NCBI GenBank assembly: GCA_002269645.1
Contig: NIVC01002252.1
Coordinates: forward strand, 124,001 to 188,000
Direction: 5' to 3'
Origin: Macrostomum lignano
Lineage: Eukaryota
Length of the DNA stretch: 64,000 nt
Shown: positions 51,103 to 64,000 of the stretch, in pieces
How positions within the stretch are numbered: position 1 is the first letter of the stretch
Layout of the letters: each line of letters opens with the position of its first letter
Notes under the pieces: model-generated
What the model saw: the letters and a program-made list of their open reading frames with translations, nothing else
Databases searched by the model: none
What the model was told of the DNA's origin: nothing
Translations under genes and position numbers: made by a program

Positions 51103-54100
51103 AGGCACTAGATCTCATATATACTTAAATAATTGATATTATATATGATTATATATCTGATAATCAAACAAAATTTTGCATTATTAACATTATATATTAG
51201 TTGAAAGTTTGAAACTAAGAAAGACTAATCAAAATTTTATGTTTTATATTGGCCGAGTTGGCCAATCTGGCTGACCAATTTGGTGGCCAACCAAGGTAAG
51301 TTGCTATAATGCCCACCTGAATAAATATCTAAGTAGTACTACTAAGTAGATAACAAGGCATTTTGCCTTAATAAGATAGTCACAGTTAATCTTGCCATTT
51401 ATCCAAAGTTGCATTAATTTTGCTTTAGGGTTTCCTTTACATTTAAGTTGCATTTTTGGCTAAAAAATATATTGCATTTTTTGTTAAAACTAAGTCACAC
51501 AGCCAACCAAATTTTGGAGCTTGCGCATGTATCATGAATGTGCATAGCATGAATTTATTCACCAAAATTTGTACGCCAAAAAAGTATGCATGGCTGTGTT
51601 ACTTGTATACGCCAATAGTGTACGCCAACAAAGTGCACCAGGCGTTGTGTACGCCGATTGTGTATGCCAAGGACTTAGGCTTAGGGTGGCCATTTTGTAT
51701 GCCGGAAAAGTTTTGGCATACATGCATACCATCCGCAACCTGGCATGTATTATTGTTATGACTTTTTTCATTAGATATTCTATCACATAGTTTTGTTAGA
51801 TATTCTATTAGTCATTGGATAATGTGTAGGCTATCAATTATAATAATTTCTATGATAAACTGATCAATACTTAAATTTTCCAATAGAATAAGTAATGGAC
51901 TTACTAATGCCAATGGAATTACTGATAGAAGACCATTGAAATGATGGGAGACCATGGAATTACATATGGAATACTGCTCTCTATAGGCCCCTTACTAATC
52001 AATGCTTAAAATATTATCTAACATAATTATTATAGGCCTTAAACTAGGGCCTAGACTTATATACCAACTTGCAATCACTAGGGCCTAACCTAAAATCTAT
52101 TAATTTATGCTAGAAATTTCTGGCATGATCTCCAATCAATGAGGAATCCTTACTCTTTTTTGCTAAGCCTAAGCCAAGGGCCAAGGCTAGAGGCAAATAC
52201 ACCTAGTCATACCAAAATTATTTGGCAAGAAAGAAAACTTTACTATTTTTTAGCTAACTACTAAAGTTTAATAGAATAAATGAAATCATACATGAATAAC
52301 TGGTAGACATGAATAAAGTAGGCCTAATATTCAATAATCACAATTAGACAGACTCAAACACCATTTAGCTTTAATTAGCACTAGGCTTTAGCCGCTAAGC
52401 CGCTTTATTTATTGGCTGCTTTTGTTAGGGACTAGGGTTAGGGCCTAGGCCTATGCTATGGCATGACATGAGCATGACTATATGTCACCGACACCGTCAA
52501 GACAAGATAATAGTAATAACTAACTAAACTACCGCTACGTAGGTTCTTTTTTAGAATCTTCAATTCGATTTTATGTTCGTCTGTCCGTCTGTCCGAACCT
52601 GCCTGCAGACCACGCATTAAAATTTCAACTTGATCAAAGATAGCTCATCATATGAAATCAAAATATAAATTTATCAGGTTGAAAATCTTTTCGTACACTA
52701 TCTAACAAATTGTAGAAAAATCCATTCAATCTTTATCGGTTCATCCTGCATTTTTACTTATGTTGATGCTACGTGTATTTTATTTTTTACTGCTTGATTT
52801 TAACACAGAATCAATTGGGGTTTCTAGCATTTACTAAATCGCACCAATTAAATCACGATCAAGGAAGACTCAAGTTTCTAGCCTTCGTTGCGATTGCAAG
52901 TGCAATAAGCAATCACCACAAGAAATAAAATTATCAAATACAAAACCACACAACTTATAGGCCTAACTCATCCTTACTTATGTCCTACCAAAGTTATTTA
53001 TGCTAGCCATGTGCAAGAAGCTGTGAATGGCGACTGCAGTGGGTCACGTACGTGCCACATTGAGTTTTTAAACATACATGTATGTAAATGTATGTGTAAG
53101 CTGCAAGCTGCTGTTTGTATATATATATAGCTCATACACGGTATCCAGTTGCACGAGCACATTTATAAATTTTCTACGCCTAAATTTACCCACTGTATGC
53201 GCTTACATGTAGACCAGATTTCTCAAACATGTATGGCGCGAAACCCCAATGTACCACATGCATGCGTTCTCTAGAATATGCAATGTGATATGAAAAATGT
53301 AGCTTAAATACCTTAACTCTAGCGCATTTCCAAGAAAATCAAGGTGTAACTGATTGCCTATTTTTTACTTCAGTGTTCAAAATGATCGACCCGACGTGTG
53401 TGATGGAGATGGCTAGAATGCGAATTGGCATTTTTTAATTTACGCTGACATGACGTACTGTGTAGAGGAACGTGTACCACATATACATATGAACATGCGC
53501 ACGGGACGGCACGAGCATTAAATGTTGTAACTTGAACTGATACGAGTATTCTGCACATATCAGAGACAGGACACACCTTGGCAATTAAATGTATTTTAAC
53601 AATGAGCTATAATTAAGTCGAACAGAACAGCAAACAGGAATAAGTTAAAAATGCTTTTTGTGATATACGAGCGTAACAATTTTGTGACTCACTCCGGACG
53701 CGTTTAATTTTGACAGAACACTGCTGAATATGTACATGTATTTCATTTACGGTAGCCCAAACTGCGAGCGCTATATATACTTACATGTAATTATATCTGG
53801 TTTCTCGAACAGATTACGAGTAGATAAGCAATATTCAGTTCCGATATTGTTTGTATGTCTGTCTGCCTGCCTGTCTGCCTGCCTGTCTGTCCGTCTTGCC
53901 GGCCATGCGTATATGACAACAATTATTAAGGCAAGCTATAAAATTGATTATTAATAGATTTTAAACTTATGAATCGTGGCAATTATTAAATAAATATGCG
54001 AACTAACTGTTTCAGTTTATATTTATAGGACATAGCTTCGCGTTTAAAAGCTTGAAGTTTATGCAAATATATCAACTTGTTAAATATTAAAACAGCTATA

Positions 54101-54674
54101 TGCAACAAAAATTTACTAAACATAAATAGTAAAAGTATTTATAGATGATGCAGATTGCAAGTTTAACAAATTGTATTATTAATTATGCCAAAGAACTAGT
54201 AAGCTATGGTCTATTAATAGTTATTATGTTCATTGCGCATATATGCAGTATGTATACGTAAATACACGTATATGCAAATTAACAGATTACAGCGAATCTC
54301 TTTATATAGCGATTTCAGTGGCGAGCTACGAGGAGAAGCAGCGACAGTGCAGAAAAAGCATTCAGATCATCAGATTTACAGAGCTCTCAGCACTTGCAGT
54401 TGGAGAAAGGCAAAATTAATGAAACACAATAGAATTAGTAAATAGTAGGTAAATTGCAGTAACAGGTAAATTAGACAGCGGGCACGGCAAAGCGAAATTA
54501 TGCATTTTTTATGGGCTGCAGGTACTACAGAAACTAAATTAAAATTAATAAACTTGAGTGCTAAGCCAATGAAACCCAATACAGCTAGCTTGTATAATTT
54601 ACTACTGTAAGTAGCTTAACGACCAAAATTACTAAGGCAAATTTAAAGAATTGTGCGACTTGGAACAGCTGTTT

Positions 54675-55150
54675 AATGGCAATTGTTAGGGCTGTTTATT
54701 GGCGATTGTTAGGGCTGTTTAATGGCGATTGCTAGGGCTGTTTAATGGCAATTGTTAGGGCTGTTTAATGGCGATTGTTAGGGCTGTTTAATGGCGATTG
54801 TTAGGGCTGTTTAATGGCGATTGTTAGGGCTGTTTAATGGCGATTGTTAGGGCTGTTTAATGGCGATTGTTAGGGCTGTTTAATGGCAATTGTTAGGGCT
54901 GTTTAATGGCGATTGTTAGGGCTGTTTAATGGCGATTGTTAGGGCTGTTTAATGGCAATTGTTAGGGCTGTTTAATGGCGATTGTTAGGGCTGTTTAATG
55001 GCGATTGTTAGGGCTGTTTAATGGCGATTGTTAGGGCTGTTTAATGGCGATTGTTAGGGCTGTTTAATGGCGATTTTTAGGGCTGTTTAATGGCGATTGC
55101 TAGGGCTGTTTAATGGCGATTGCTAGGGCTGTTTAAAGCTGATTGTTGGG
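54675..55150. repeat. 23-bp minisatellite (GTTAGGGCTGTTTAATGGCGATT)
   Basis: Tandem copies. Confidence 0.96.
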
Positions 55151-55934
55151 GCTGTATTTAAGGCCTTAAATTCCCTTAAGGGAAGAGTGAGTTGAGGGTT
55201 GTTTAAGAGACAAACTGAGCACTGTTTACCAGTGGCTTTTACCTAACTGTCTAGCCGGTACTTCAGACTTGTCAAGGGTGAAAGCGTGCCTAAAGATTGA
55301 TTTAAGCTTCCGCTATCAATCAAAGCGCAAAAAGCAGCATACACTGAAGTATTATGTTCAGCGTTGAGCACAAGTTAAAGACTATTTTTTGTTAAACTAG
55401 ATACTTAATGAACGGTGGAATTTGAAAAAAAAAGTTAAACAGATAAGCAAGGGGCTACTAGTTTGTGTCTGTAGTAAGTAGTGCATATTGAATATTATCA
55501 GACAAATGTTCTAATAATGCTTGCTTGCGATAAATAGACAATTGCTGTTTTTGCAAACTGACCTTTAAGCAGAGAAAGGCAAACAAACTATAAGTGTGAA
55601 AGCAAAGTGGACACGGATCGATTCTGATGAGCAAAACATTGCTTTACATATGAACTGTGTTCAATTATTAAATTATAAACGAAAAGCAATCGCTAGCAGG
55701 CTTTAGTAACAAGATATAAATATATATAGAGAAATAAACATCAAAACTATTTTGTATGCAAATTTTGACTTTATTCAAGAACAATATTAAGGCTGTGGAG
55801 ATTATACAAAAATGGACTTATAAGAATCAGAATAAAAGTTGGATTACTGAAGCCAACCTAAGGAGCCGGTCCATTTGGGGAAATTTCCACGAGTTTTAGA
55901 CGCCAATAATTTAACAACAATCTATAAAGTTTGG

Positions 55935-56345
55935 GGATATGAACTTTGGGGTGTGGAGTTTGGGCTTTGGGGAATGGAGATTAAGGATATGGATATTAAG
56001 GATATGGAGATTAAGGAATGAAGATTGGGGATGTGGAGATTGGGGATATGGAGATTGGGGTGTGGAGATTGGGGATATGAAGATTGGGGATGTGGAGATT
56101 GGGGATTTGGAGATTAGGGATATGAAGATTGGGATGTGGAGATTGGGGATATGGAGATTGGGGTGTGGAGATTGGGGATATGAAGATTGGGGATGTGGAG
56201 ATTGGGGATGTGGAGATTGGGGATATGAAGATTGGGGTGTGGAGATTGGGGATATGAAGATTGGGGATGTGGAGATTGGTGATATGAAGATTGGGGATGT
56301 GGAGATTGGGGATATGAAGATTGGGATATAGAGATTAGGGATACG
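55935..56345. repeat. 15-bp G-rich minisatellite (GGGGAT(A/G)TG(A/G)AGATT), same family as 38695-40605
   Basis: Tandem copies about 180 bp past the DYRK1 stop. Confidence 0.93.
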
Positions 56346-56524
56346 AAATCAACGGCTTTCTTATTCAGGCAACCTGCAACTGTGAAATTCGGCAGAGATT
56401 GTAAAACCCGAATCAGCGTCTTACACTGTAACTCTATAGGGAAACATTGTCTTGAAGAAGCGAATGCCCCTTGGCCCCAATTAATTATGAACTAATTAAA
56501 ATAGTTTTTGCAAAATGAGAAGCT

Positions 56525-63196
<6,672 letters not shown>

Positions 63197-64000
63197 AAAT
63201 ACAATTTATAATATGTACTATCACTGCCAGCCAGTATTTATTAAGCAATATTCCAGTATGCGATGCTTTTTTCAAGTCTTTGTTTCAGCTGTTAAGTAGT
63301 GATCAAGCTTGATTCTTTAGGACTTCTGTGTCTGTGTGCTGTAACTTTGCAGTTAATAGATTTTATGTTATTTATAACACAGCAAGATTCTATAGAGCGC
63401 TATTTTTGGTTTCACTGAAATATGAAAATAAGATTATTATTAAAGACTATGAAAATTACATTATCTGGCTATGACAATCATGTTAAATATTGAACCAGTT
63501 AAATACAATATTTATTGTCTACAATAAACATGCTTCTTATTAACCAATGCCAACTATGTTAGAGGATGAACATATACACAACTTAATTTTGACCAGATCT
63601 TACCCAAAAGCTAAGTACTTAGAAACTTAAATTTTTTGTGAAATTTTGCCAAAAAGGTAAAAATTGTCTAGAAAAAGTCATCAATTTTGTGATTTACATT
63701 TGGTCCACAATAGTTTATATTAGCTAGAGTGGACAAATTGGCTAGCAATTTTGCATATATATAAACAACTCATACATCTATTTGATTTACAAGCTATTAT
63801 ATAACTTAAGGAAAAACTTTTAATAAAAAACCTGATATAAATGTATACTTCATTTTTATTTACATGATAATAAATTACATCATCCTTTTTGCATAAAAAT
63901 AACTTGTTTAAAGGCAGATTTATAAAAAAAATAGGACTTCCGTGTTTTTAAAATTAAACAAAAATTCAAAAATCAAACATATAAAGCTATTATATTAGAT

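Noticed and set aside
52560-53900. Helentron/DINE-like element inferred from (GTCY)n tracts
   Set aside because: No sub-terminal inverted repeats or 3' stem-loop could be delimited by eye.

Overview
Eukaryotic (metazoan) genomic DNA. Exons are small islands separated by many different tandem-repeat arrays. The architecture resembles what is described for free-living flatworms such as Macrostomum, but that assignment is inference only. Six protein-coding genes could be spliced together by hand with consistent phases: EXOC5/Sec10 (-, 9 exons, one GC-AG intron), a PDI-family protein whose two active sites are both CxxS (+, 3 exons), a synaptotagmin-7-like gene (+, 2 exons), SSUH2-like (-, 2 exons), ERCC3/XPB (-, 4 exons) and a DYRK1/minibrain kinase (-, 3 or more exons, 5' end unresolved). 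About 30 distinct mini/microsatellite arrays, tRNA-derived SINE-like elements and several small non-autonomous DNA transposons fill the rest. Most interesting: 12 of 17 introns carry their own private minisatellite. In some arrays each unit reads as a complete GT..AG mini-intron, and the DYRK1 intron 2 array starts at a branchpoint+AG|GT site resembling a recursive splice site. Other arrays are homotypic runs of ETS, E-box or branchpoint/QKI motifs. A 100-bp copy of an XPB exon with CpG-biased decay sits upstream of its own gene. All coordinates were read by eye and repeat boundaries are approximate; no searches were run.
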